Source: an uncultured Clostridia bacterium (GTDB taxonomy: Bacteria; Bacillota; Clostridia; Christensenellales; UBA1242). Taken from it: a DNA stretch of 64,000 nucleotides. How positions within the stretch are numbered: position 1 is the stretch's first letter; each line of letters starts with the position of its first letter. The stretch covers positions 70,417 to 134,416 of the forward strand of contig CALWOU010000002.1 of assembly GCA_944383245.1 (NCBI GenBank), in the 5' to 3' direction. The translations under genes were made by a program, and so were the position numbers. Shown piece after piece: positions 55,578 through 64,000 of this stretch. A model generated the notes under the pieces. It had not been told where the DNA came from. It saw only the letters and a list, made by a program, of their open reading frames with translations, and did no database searches.

Positions 55578-56939
55578 ATGAAAGAAAGTTTTAAAACAGT
55601 TCCTATAACATTGGTTACGGGATATTTGGGAAGTGGCAAAACCACGCTTCTTAATCATATTTTAACAAACACTAAAGGTTATAAAGTGGCAGTTATCGTT
55701 AACGATATTGGCGAGGTCAACATTGATGCTGAACTCATTGAAAAAGGCGGAATTGTTGGTAAGCGCGATGAAAGTTTGGTTGCCCTTCAAAATGGTTGCA
55801 TTTGCTGTACTCTTAGAAAAGATTTAATTGAGCAAATTCACGATATTATTAAGCAACGCAAATTTGACCATATAATAATTGAAGCAAGCGGAATTTGTGA
55901 ACCTATTCCAATTGCGCAAACAATCAATTTTTTAACTGAAAGTTTTAAGCAAAAGAAAATGCCAATTTATTGTAAACTTGATGCGATTGTGTCCGTTGTG
56001 GACGCACTTAGAATGGTGCAAGAATTTGGTTGTGGCGACGAACTTATAAAGCAAGATATTGGCGAAGAAGATATAGAAAATTTGGTTATTCAACAGATTG
56101 AATTTTGCGATGTCCTTATATTAAATAAGGTCAGTGAAGTAAGCAAAGAAGAATTAACTAGACTTAAAAAGATTATAAAAAATCTTCAACCAAAAGCAAA
56201 AATTATTGAAACAGACTATTCTAATGTTGATATTTCTGAAGTGTTAGACACAAATTTATTCGATATGGAAAACCTATTCACGTCTGCAGGTTGGTATCAA
56301 GAAATCGAAAAAGATATAGAAGAAGATAGCCGTTCAAAAGATCACGATGATGACAATGAAGATGAACACCACCATCACGATGATGAAGATGAGGATGAAC
56401 ACAAACATCATCACCACCACGATGATGAAGAATATGATGAAGAAGATGAAGATGACGATGATGAAGAATATGATGAAGAAGATGATGATGACGATGAAGA
56501 AGAAGATGATGATGACGTCGAACATAAACATCACAAACATTCACATCATCATCACCATCACGAAGGCGGAGAGGTTGAAGAATATGGCATAGGAACATAC
56601 GTGTATTTTAGGCGCGAACCATTTGATAGGTTAAAGTTTGAAGATTGGGCGAACAAAGATTTTGGCAAAAGCATAATTCGAACGAAAGGTTTAGTATATT
56701 TCACTAATGATAATAGAATGAGTTATGTTTACGAGCAGGCAGGTAGACAAAAAGTGCTCACCGAAAACGGACCTTGGTATGCCAATCTTCCAAGATATCA
56801 AATCGAGCAAATGCTGTTGCACGATGAAAAATTCCGCCACGATTGGGATGAAAAGTATGGGGATAGAATGATTAAACTTGTGTTTATTGGTCAACATTTA
56901 GATAAGAAAAAAATCAAATCCGAATTAGATAAAATTTAA
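55578..56939 (+). CDS. COG0523 (CobW/ZigA/YciC-type) GTPase metallochaperone with a His/Asp/Glu-rich insertion
   Basis: GYLGSGKTTLLNHIL P-loop, CICC (CxCC) motif, CobW_C-like end. About 85-aa H/D/E-rich segment encoded by 56328-56577. Confidence 0.85.
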   Translation: MKESFKTVPITLVTGYLGSGKTTLLNHILTNTKGYKVAVIVNDIGEVNIDAELIEKGGIVGKRDESLVALQNGCICCTLRKDLIEQIHDIIKQRKFDHIIIEASGICEPIPIAQTINFLTESFKQKKMPIYCKLDAIVSVVDALRMVQEFGCGDELIKQDIGEEDIENLVIQQIEFCDVLILNKVSEVSKEELTRLKKIIKNLQPKAKIIETDYSNVDISEVLDTNLFDMENLFTSAGWYQEIEKDIEEDSRSKDHDDDNEDEHHHHDDEDEDEHKHHHHHDDEEYDEEDEDDDDEEYDEEDDDDDEEEDDDDVEHKHHKHSHHHHHHEGGEVEEYGIGTYVYFRREPFDRLKFEDWANKDFGKSIIRTKGLVYFTNDNRMSYVYEQAGRQKVLTENGPWYANLPRYQIEQMLLHDEKFRHDWDEKYGDRMIKLVFIGQHLDKKKIKSELDKI

Positions 56940-56940
56940 A

Positions 56941-57060
56941 AAATATAAAGAATTAATAAAAATTTCTAAAAAATATAAAGAATTAATAAAAATTTCTAAA
57001 AAATATAAAAAATTAATAAAAATTTCTAAAAAATATAAAAAATTAATAAAAATTTTTAAA
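56941..57060. repeat. 30-bp A-tract tandem repeat x4
   Basis: AAATATAAAGAATTAATAAAAATTTCTAAA x2, then two units with 1-2 substitutions. Starts 1 nt after the cobW-like stop. About three A-tracts per unit. Confidence 0.85.
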
Positions 57061-57239
57061 AAAACATAAAAAATAACGCAAAAATACTAAAAAATAGCAA
57101 AAAATTAAAAAAATAAAACAATTTTTTTAAAAAATTAAACTTATAAATATTTAAAAAATTAAAAAATTTCGTAAAAATTCTTGACTTTCTAGGTAGGGGA
57201 GGGGTATACTAAGAATAATTAAACAAAAGGAGAAAAACT

Positions 57240-58199
57240 ATGAGCAAAAAATTAAATTTAAAAATGTTGCTATCTGTAATTATGCTAATATGTTGCTTTG
57301 GTATGTTTGTGTTTACAGGTTGTTTTTCTTCCAATTCAGATGATGACACTCAGCAGAGTCAAGACACCACTCAACAAACCCTCACCACAAATTCAGCCTT
57401 AACAACTATTAAAAACGCACTTGCTGTTGGAGATGTTGATAATTTAAATCCTGCAGTTAAATTTAATAAGTTGGGATTTAATTATGAAGTTACAAATATC
57501 ACAGATGGTTCATCAGAAGTTATCGATGCACAAGTTGAATATTTGGAATCGGAAATTAGTAAATACAATGCTGAATTGACTGATACCTCATTAGATTTAA
57601 ATGAAAATAGTTACGAATATTATGAAAATGGTATTGTTTATGCAAACTTTCCAGACTCAAATCCTAGTGTAACTGAAATTGAACAAATTAGTAGTTCTTA
57701 TTCAACGGTTGAAGGTTACTCTAAAATTTTTGAAAAGTTTTTTGCAGAAACTGCAGTCGAAAATGGATATTTAGAAGAAAACACTATTAAAACAACCACA
57801 CAAAATGGTTACACACTAAATATTCCTTTAACTTTAAAAGGCTTATTTGTATCAGGTATGGCTCCAGCACTATCTTTAATTCCAGAAAATTTTATAGATT
57901 CGCTATACGAAGAATGGCTTATAGAATATAATACATTGCCTGAAGAAGAAAGAAATAAATTTAGTTCAAATATTATCGTAACCTTTGAAAAAGACGAAAT
58001 TGTAGATGTTAAAATGATAGAAAATGGCATTCAAATCGTTTATTCAACAGAATATCCGCTTGAGGGTGATCCAATTACAACAACAACTTATTCAACAGTT
58101 ACTTTTAAACTAGAACTTTCTAAATATATAGGCGAGATTGAAACACCTCAGTGGGTTAGCGATTATATTTCAAGCCAAGAAACAGAGCAAATTGCGTAA
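57240..58199 (+). CDS. Lipoprotein, unknown function
   Basis: Lipobox FVFTGCFSS. RBS AAGGAG. 319 aa. Confidence 0.5.
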   Translation: MSKKLNLKMLLSVIMLICCFGMFVFTGCFSSNSDDDTQQSQDTTQQTLTTNSALTTIKNALAVGDVDNLNPAVKFNKLGFNYEVTNITDGSSEVIDAQVEYLESEISKYNAELTDTSLDLNENSYEYYENGIVYANFPDSNPSVTEIEQISSSYSTVEGYSKIFEKFFAETAVENGYLEENTIKTTTQNGYTLNIPLTLKGLFVSGMAPALSLIPENFIDSLYEEWLIEYNTLPEEERNKFSSNIIVTFEKDEIVDVKMIENGIQIVYSTEYPLEGDPITTTTYSTVTFKLELSKYIGEIETPQWVSDYISSQETEQIA

Positions 58200-58301
58200 A
58201 AGTTTTAAAAACTCATTAAAATCAACAAAATATTAAAGATAAATTAGAACTTAAAATCTATGTTTTGAGTTCTTTTTTAATGCAAATTTAATTTATATGT
58301 A

Positions 58302-58330
58302 TTGAAATTGTTTTTGTTTTGTGATATAAT
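58302..58330 (+). promoter_or_regulatory. Promoter of the uORF-pth transcript
   Basis: TTGAAA (58302-58307), 17-nt spacer, TG-extended TATAAT (58325-58330). Confidence 0.6.
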
Positions 58331-58433
58331 CGTTAAGTTAAAAACAAATTTTTTGTTAAATAAAAATTTAATGATAACAGATTAAATGTTTAACAAAATT
58401 TAGTATATTAAATAAATTGATTTGGAGTGATAT

Positions 58434-58541
58434 ATGAAGTTAATTGTTGGGTTAGGGAACCCTGATGGCAAGTATAAAAATAATAGCTTGCATTTTAAGA
58501 AAATGCAAGGGTATGTATTTTTAAAACAAGATAATAAGTAG
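58434..58541 (+). CDS. 35-codon upstream ORF whose RBS and first 16 codons duplicate pth
   Basis: MKLIVGLGNPDGKYKN then NSLHFKKMQGYVFLKQDNK*. RBS GGAG at 58424-58427. Stop TAG (58539-58541) overlaps the pth RBS (TAGGAG). Confidence 0.4.
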   Translation: MKLIVGLGNPDGKYKNNSLHFKKMQGYVFLKQDNK

Positions 58542-58550
58542 GAGTTGTAT

Positions 58551-59102
58551 ATGAAGTTGATCGTTGGGTTAGGGAACCCTGATGGTAAGTATAAAAATAC
58601 ATACCACAACGTTGGATTTTCTGTTGTGGATATGTTTGCTATGAAAAAAGGGTTAAAGTTTGGTAAAAATAAATGCAAGGCACTAATTGCTGAGGGAGAT
58701 GGGTATATTTTAGCAAAACCGCAAACATATATGAATTTATCTGGCGATAGTGTGTATGAGTTGAAAAAGTATTTTAAACTTCCTTTAAGTGACGTTTTAA
58801 TTGTGCTTGACGATATTGATTTGCCAAAAGGCAAAGTTAGATTTAGATTTTTAGGTTCTGCTGGCACACATAACGGGCTAAGAGATATTGTGAATAAAGT
58901 GGGAATCACTCCAAGATTAAAAATTGGAATAGGTCGAGATAGCAGTATGAATTTAGCGGATTATGTTTTAAGTGAAATTGATTATGCTAGTAAGGCTATT
59001 TTAAATGAAGAGTATAACGTTGCAATTGATATAATTGATAAGTTTATAAAAGACGAAATGAAAGAGGATGTTACAATAACAATTCCTGCTATTAAAATTT
59101 AA
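58551..59102 (+). CDS. pth: Peptidyl-tRNA hydrolase
   Basis: MKLIVGLGNPDGKYKNTYHNVGF..., AGTHNGLRDI. Start moved to ATG 58551 (RBS AGGAG at 58540-58544). Confidence 0.93.
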   Translation: MKLIVGLGNPDGKYKNTYHNVGFSVVDMFAMKKGLKFGKNKCKALIAEGDGYILAKPQTYMNLSGDSVYELKKYFKLPLSDVLIVLDDIDLPKGKVRFRFLGSAGTHNGLRDIVNKVGITPRLKIGIGRDSSMNLADYVLSEIDYASKAILNEEYNVAIDIIDKFIKDEMKEDVTITIPAIKI

Positions 59103-59290
59103 ATAAATTTTATCAGAGAAAACAAATCAAAATAATAAAAATATTAATTAAAACAGAAAAAATTAAAAAAAATAATTAAATTGTTAAAAAAATTAATAAA
59201 AAATACTAAAAAATAGTTAAAATTTATAAATAATAAAAAAAATTTTAATAAAAATGCAGTAATAATAAACAAAATTTTTAATAAAAAATT

Positions 59291-62200
59291 ATGAAAAATA
59301 TTGAAGAGTTATTAAATAGTATTGGGAAAAATACAATATTTTGTTCAAGATTAGGGCTAGGAGAGCAGGGTGCAGTGCTTTCTCAAATTCCTAGTGGTAT
59401 TTTTGTTTGCCCAAATGTTGAATATGCTAGAAAAATGAAAATGCAACTTGATTCTTTAAACAAAAAAAATGTGTTGGTGGATGATTTTGATAAACCTTTC
59501 ACATTGTCCAAATTCTCAAGCAAAGATAATTTATATGATTTAATTTGCGCAGAATTTGCGCTAACTCAAAACGACACAATTCTAATTTCCACACCGCGAA
59601 TTTTATTTTCAAACGTGCTAAAATTAGATGAATTTTTAAAATATGTAAAAACAATTAAAATAAATGAAAATTTAGATATTTCAGAGATTGAAATATATTT
59701 AATCAAGGCAAAATATAGAAAGGTTGAGAGTGTAACCAACAAGGGAGAATTTTCGCGACGTGGCGATGTTTTAGATATTTTCAATATTAAAGATGAGGTT
59801 GCAACGCGAATTGATTTTTTTGATGATTTAGTTGAAGAAATACACACTTTTGACCCATTATCTTACACTAAAATTGACAAACTTGACGAATTTTCCATAC
59901 TGCCTGCTGATTGGTCATATTCAACAGATAGTTTAAATAAAATGACGCACGAATTTAATAAATTTATAAATGTAAATTCAAGTGCGTTAAATATCGTAGA
60001 ATCAATTGAAAGAGGAGATATCATTCCAAGTGAATTTGTTACTCCGTTTAGCGACGAACTCACTCAAATTTATCAAATAGACAAGCCTATAATCATTGCA
60101 GACTTTTTAACATTTGAAACGGTTGCAAACAACTTTTTAGAGTCTGTTAACACCAGAATTGAAAACACTTTTAAAGATGAAAATTTAATAAAAATTTATA
60201 GAAATAATCAAAAAATTAAAAAAATTGATGATTTTTTAATAAATCTTAGCAAAAATTTAATATTTTTTGAAAATTTTGATATAAACACACTTGATTTAAA
60301 ATCAAAATTAAATTCTAAAATTACATCAATAGATTTTAACAGAGTCAACTTTTCATCCTATTTATTTAACCTTAATAAACTACCTGAGGAAACAAAAAAA
60401 TATATAGATAAACAAATTTATCTTTGCCTAGAAAATAAGGACACAATTAGTTCAATCAAAAAGATTTTTTCAGAGCAAAATATCGCGTATTCTCAAAATA
60501 AAAATGCGCGTGGAATAATATTGACCGACTTAAAAATTCCATACAATATTTGTTTTGAGAGTGAAGAAAAACTATATATTGGTTCAACAAATTTTGCGCA
60601 TAAAAAAGAGGCGGAAATTGTTGAAAATAAAAAGATAAAATATCTTCCTAAAGCGGGAGAATATGTTGTTCATTCAACGCACGGAATTGGAAAATGTATG
60701 GGCGTTGTGAATATGGCTGTAGGTGGTGCGAATAAAGAATTTTTTAAACTCGTATATCGCGGTGGCGACACACTATACGTTCCAACCGAAAATGCCGAAT
60801 GTTTGTCACTATATATGGCGAGTGGCGAAAATGTAACCTTAAATAAACTTGGCGGAAAAGAGTTTGCGCGTGAAAAGATTAAGGCAATGCAGTCAATTGA
60901 AGATATGTCTAAAGAACTGCTTGAAATTTATGCCAAACGAAAAGCAACAAAAGGTTTTAAGTACAGCGAGGACGATTATCTCTACACCGAATTTGAAGAG
61001 GCATTCCCATACACTGAAACAAACGACCAATTGCAAGCAATTCAAGATGTTAAGCGCGATATGATTTCAGGCAAGGTTATGGATAGGCTTATATGCGGTG
61101 ACGTCGGTTTTGGAAAAACAGAGGTTGCGATGCGTGCCTTATTTAAAGCGGTTGAAAATGGAAAACAAGTTGCAATACTTGCTCCAACCACAATTCTTTC
61201 GCTCCAACATTATATGACTGCCAAATCTAGAACCTCAGATTTTGGTGTGACGGTTGAAATGTTAAATAGATTTAGGTCAACTAAAGAGCAAAAGAAAATT
61301 TTAGAAGATTTAGCGTCCAACAAATTAAATGTTATATGCGGAACTCATAGATTGTTATCTAGCGACGTTAAATTCCACGATTTAGGTCTGTTAATTCTCG
61401 ATGAAGAGCAACGTTTTGGAGTTAAAGCAAAAGAGCAAATTAAAAAAATGAAAGAAAATGTTGATGTTTTAACCCTTTCTGCAACTCCTATTCCTAGAAC
61501 ACTTAGTATGTCACTTATGAATATTCGTGATATCAGCATTATAAACACACCTCCTGTTGACCGATTGCCTGTTAAAACTTATGTTTTGACGTATAATGAG
61601 GAGGTTGTTGTAAATGCAATCAATGAAGAACTATCTCGAGGCGGGCAGGTGCTGGTTGTGTATAATAATGTGGAAAAATTGCCCGAACTATCAAATCATT
61701 TAAAGTCTAAAGTTCAAAACGGAGTTAGGTTTGACATAGCACACGGTCAAATGAGCGAAATTGCGCTAGAAAATGCAATAAAAAGGTTGTATGATAGAGA
61801 AACGGATGTGTTCGTTTCCACAACACTTATCGAAAATGGCGTAGATCTTCCAAAAGCCAACACTTTAATTGTGATAGATAGTGATAAATTAGGATTAAGC
61901 CAGATGTATCAACTGCGCGGTCGCGTTGGAAGGAACACAGAACAAGCATATGCGTATTTCACTTATAGAAGTGAAAAAACACTAACAGAAGAGGCATCTA
62001 ATAGGCTTCAGGCAATTGCCGAAAACACCGACCTTGGAAGCGGATTTAAAATTGCAATGCGCGACCTTCAAATTCGTGGTGCGGGCGAACTTCTTGGCAA
62101 GGTTCAGCACGGGCATATGCAAAAAATAGGTTACGATTTATACACAAAACTTTTAAACGACACTATGCGTAAACTAAAAGGCGAGAAGGTGGCGGTTGAA

Positions 62201-62635
62201 AAAGAAGTTAAACTCGATATTGCTATCAGTTCAAGCATACCACAAGATTTTGTGTCAGATGAGAGTGAAAGATTGCAAATTATAGCGCGTATTTCAAATA
62301 TCACCAATAAAGAAAGCGCGCGGGCAGTTATAAACGACTTATTAAAAAAATACAATCGTCTGCCAAAAGAGGTGTATCAATTGGTGCAAATTGGTCTTAT
62401 GCGTTCGCTTGCAACTAGTCAAAACGTGAAATTAATCACAATAAATAAAACGCGAATGTCAATAACATTCTACGAAGATACAAATGTAAGTGAACTGCTT
62501 TCTAGAGTGAAAAAATACGACCATTTTAAATTTGAAAATACTTCTCTTCCAACAATAACGTTAGATTCTAAAGAGTTTAGTGTTGTAACCGCGCAAACTT
62601 ATATAATTGAGTTTTTATCTAACTATAAAAAATAA
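59291..62635 (+). CDS. mfd: Transcription-repair coupling factor
   Basis: 1114 aa. CarD/TRCF RID region (VVHSTHGIGK), DEAD/H helicase motifs (GDVGFGKTEVA, DEEQRFG), TRG motif and C-terminal D7. Confidence 0.93.
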   Translation: MKNIEELLNSIGKNTIFCSRLGLGEQGAVLSQIPSGIFVCPNVEYARKMKMQLDSLNKKNVLVDDFDKPFTLSKFSSKDNLYDLICAEFALTQNDTILISTPRILFSNVLKLDEFLKYVKTIKINENLDISEIEIYLIKAKYRKVESVTNKGEFSRRGDVLDIFNIKDEVATRIDFFDDLVEEIHTFDPLSYTKIDKLDEFSILPADWSYSTDSLNKMTHEFNKFINVNSSALNIVESIERGDIIPSEFVTPFSDELTQIYQIDKPIIIADFLTFETVANNFLESVNTRIENTFKDENLIKIYRNNQKIKKIDDFLINLSKNLIFFENFDINTLDLKSKLNSKITSIDFNRVNFSSYLFNLNKLPEETKKYIDKQIYLCLENKDTISSIKKIFSEQNIAYSQNKNARGIILTDLKIPYNICFESEEKLYIGSTNFAHKKEAEIVENKKIKYLPKAGEYVVHSTHGIGKCMGVVNMAVGGANKEFFKLVYRGGDTLYVPTENAECLSLYMASGENVTLNKLGGKEFAREKIKAMQSIEDMSKELLEIYAKRKATKGFKYSEDDYLYTEFEEAFPYTETNDQLQAIQDVKRDMISGKVMDRLICGDVGFGKTEVAMRALFKAVENGKQVAILAPTTILSLQHYMTAKSRTSDFGVTVEMLNRFRSTKEQKKILEDLASNKLNVICGTHRLLSSDVKFHDLGLLILDEEQRFGVKAKEQIKKMKENVDVLTLSATPIPRTLSMSLMNIRDISIINTPPVDRLPVKTYVLTYNEEVVVNAINEELSRGGQVLVVYNNVEKLPELSNHLKSKVQNGVRFDIAHGQMSEIALENAIKRLYDRETDVFVSTTLIENGVDLPKANTLIVIDSDKLGLSQMYQLRGRVGRNTEQAYAYFTYRSEKTLTEEASNRLQAIAENTDLGSGFKIAMRDLQIRGAGELLGKVQHGHMQKIGYDLYTKLLNDTMRKLKGEKVAVEKEVKLDIAISSSIPQDFVSDESERLQIIARISNITNKESARAVINDLLKKYNRLPKEVYQLVQIGLMRSLATSQNVKLITINKTRMSITFYEDTNVSELLSRVKKYDHFKFENTSLPTITLDSKEFSVVTAQTYIIEFLSNYKK

Positions 62636-62845
62636 GGCAACAATGTTTTAAAAAAATTGTGGATTATGTCTATTAAAAGATTGTGTGAGTAAATTTATAC
62701 AATTGAATTGTTTAAAGCGCACAACATAACAATTTAAATTAAAATGAAATTAAAAATTAAATTTTAACCACAACTAAAAATCTCTTGCCTTTTATTATAA
62801 AATATTATATAATAGTCAATAATTTTACTAGTTTAGGAGAGCAAA

Positions 62846-64000
62846 GTGAAAAAATTCTATAGCATTATGTTATGTTTACTAATGATGGTAACCTTCACAT
62901 TAACCGGATGTGCGGGTTTTTCTATAAACACCGTTAGATATTATAACGAAGTGGTGGCAACAGTTGGAGAAACCGAAATCACTCGTTTTGAATTATTAAA
63001 CGCATATTCAAGTTATGGTCAAACTTATTATGTTGAGCAAATGGGTTTAGAACCAAGCGAGGCATTAAGCAACACGTTAGACCTTTTAATTGATAGAGAA
63101 ATACTATATCAATATGCTTTAAGCGAGGAGAAATATGATTTAACTGATAGGCAAGTTAACGACGTTGTTCAAGCCATTTTTGATAGCCTTGATAGCCAAA
63201 TGGAAAGTTATGTCACCAGCGCAAAAACAATTCTTGGCATAGAAATTATTGAGGACGATTCAGAGGATGAAGAGGAAGAAGAGGCTTTTAAATTTAGCGA
63301 TTATGTATATTCAAAGCGCGCAGAAGTTGTTGACGAAATAACTTACTACACAAATGCAAATATGGACGAAGTTAGTTCAACTCCAACTGAATATTATAGA
63401 GTGGTGTCAAAAATAAAATATAAACTAGATAATAGCGAAAGCGAGGTTTTTGACCCATTAATTGATGAAAAATTTTTATCAGATTACACTTTAGACGGAA
63501 TTGAAGAAGAAATTTTATCTAAATATTTAATCCATTTTGAGTTATCTCTTGAAAATGAATCTAGAAAAGATGAAATTAAAAATAAAGCGATATCACTTCT
63601 TGCTAGCAATTTAATTGATTATGAGTATTATCTTCGCGATGAAAACGGAAATAAATATAATACAAACACTCACGATTTGTTAATTAGATTTATTAGAAGA
63701 AATTTAGATTCTCAAATTGAGTCGCAATATCTTGAAAATATTAGAACCGATTATTTAGTAAACGAAAATTTAAGCATTAATGAATTGATTGAAGAATTTA
63801 AAGATTTGGTGCTAATTAGTTATGATAAATACCGCCATTTTGAGGACACTTATAAATCGGATATGAAAGATATCGGCACACATGGTAACACTATTTTATG
63901 GCATAACACTAACCTATCAGACGGCACAAAATTTGGTTATTTCACCCATACACTACTAAGTTTCTCAACCGAACAAGAAAATGCTATGAGTGCGCTTGAA
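62846..64000 (+). CDS. Lipoprotein, PrsA/SurA-like foldase candidate (partial; continues past the window end)
   Basis: Not in the ORF track. GTG 62846 preceded by GGAGAG. Lipobox FTLTGCAG. VVATVGETEITRFEL resembles the SurA_N/PrsA N-terminus. Open frame runs to 64000. Position after mfd, as in many Bacillota. Confidence 0.5.
   Translation, partial: MKKFYSIMLCLLMMVTFTLTGCAGFSINTVRYYNEVVATVGETEITRFELLNAYSSYGQTYYVEQMGLEPSEALSNTLDLLIDREILYQYALSEEKYDLTDRQVNDVVQAIFDSLDSQMESYVTSAKTILGIEIIEDDSEDEEEEEAFKFSDYVYSKRAEVVDEITYYTNANMDEVSSTPTEYYRVVSKIKYKLDNSESEVFDPLIDEKFLSDYTLDGIEEEILSKYLIHFELSLENESRKDEIKNKAISLLASNLIDYEYYLRDENGNKYNTNTHDLLIRFIRRNLDSQIESQYLENIRTDYLVNENLSINELIEEFKDLVLISYDKYRHFEDTYKSDMKDIGTHGNTILWHNTNLSDGTKFGYFTHTLLSFSTEQENAMSALE

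Noticed and set aside
56278-56598. ORFs 56278-56598 (-), 56334-56540 (-) and 56347-56592 (+) made of H/L/R, I/F/V or M/K/T repeats
   Set aside because: They are alternative-frame readings of the GAT/GAA/CAT repeat that encodes the His/Asp/Glu-rich insertion of the COG0523 gene.
55351-57060. Are the A-tract tandem repeats a CRISPR array?
   Set aside because: The units are contiguous with no unique spacers. They are pure A/T, lack a palindromic repeat core, and no cas genes are present.
1-64000. Mollicutes-type genetic code (TGA = Trp), suggested by the very low G+C
   Set aside because: All large conserved genes (mfd at 1114 aa, the ATPase at 873 aa, pheT at 792 aa and others) are uninterrupted under the standard code and end at positions consistent with family lengths.

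Overview
Chromosomal window from a low-G+C Bacillota-type bacterium. It uses the standard genetic code: long ORFs are not interrupted by TGA. The backbone is housekeeping. There are six aminoacyl-tRNA synthetase genes (aspS, asnS, argS, pheS/pheT, gltX), two with clear T-box leaders (Asp GAC and Phe UUC specifiers). Other core genes are rpmG-secE-nusG-rplK-rplA, pth-mfd-prsA-like, spoIIE-tilS, a P-type Ca-ATPase, rmuC, radC, a COG0523 metallochaperone and a glycolipid/acyltransferase cluster. Many lipoprotein and membrane genes of unknown function are interspersed. Six things stand out. (1) A helix-dense, G+C-enriched non-coding RNA of about 565 nt (51364-51930) has its own consensus promoter. 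It sits directly upstream of a 4-TM membrane protein carrying a DxxxD motif. This resembles an OLE RNA / OapA locus, or an analogue of one, in an atypical gene context. (2) Three mosaic cassettes (28.7-30.3 kb) share one promoter. Two encode paralogous small Cys-rich proteins and one a CYTH-like protein. (3) An Abi_2-type abortive-infection gene is bracketed by 17-bp direct repeats. It is preceded by a duplicated terminator module and a possible small RNA. (4) An upstream ORF duplicates the RBS and first 16 codons of pth with only synonymous differences. (5) An XRE regulator is translationally coupled to an HD-TGS RelA/SpoT-like protein whose synthetase region looks degenerate. (6) A genome-specific family of almost pure A/T, phased A-tract intergenic spacers contains 30/31-bp tandem repeats and a recurring 18-mer, AAAAATACTAAAAAATAG. 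No rRNA, tRNA, CRISPR array, transposase or integrase was found. All calls rest on reading the sequence and on remembered family signatures; no database search was possible.
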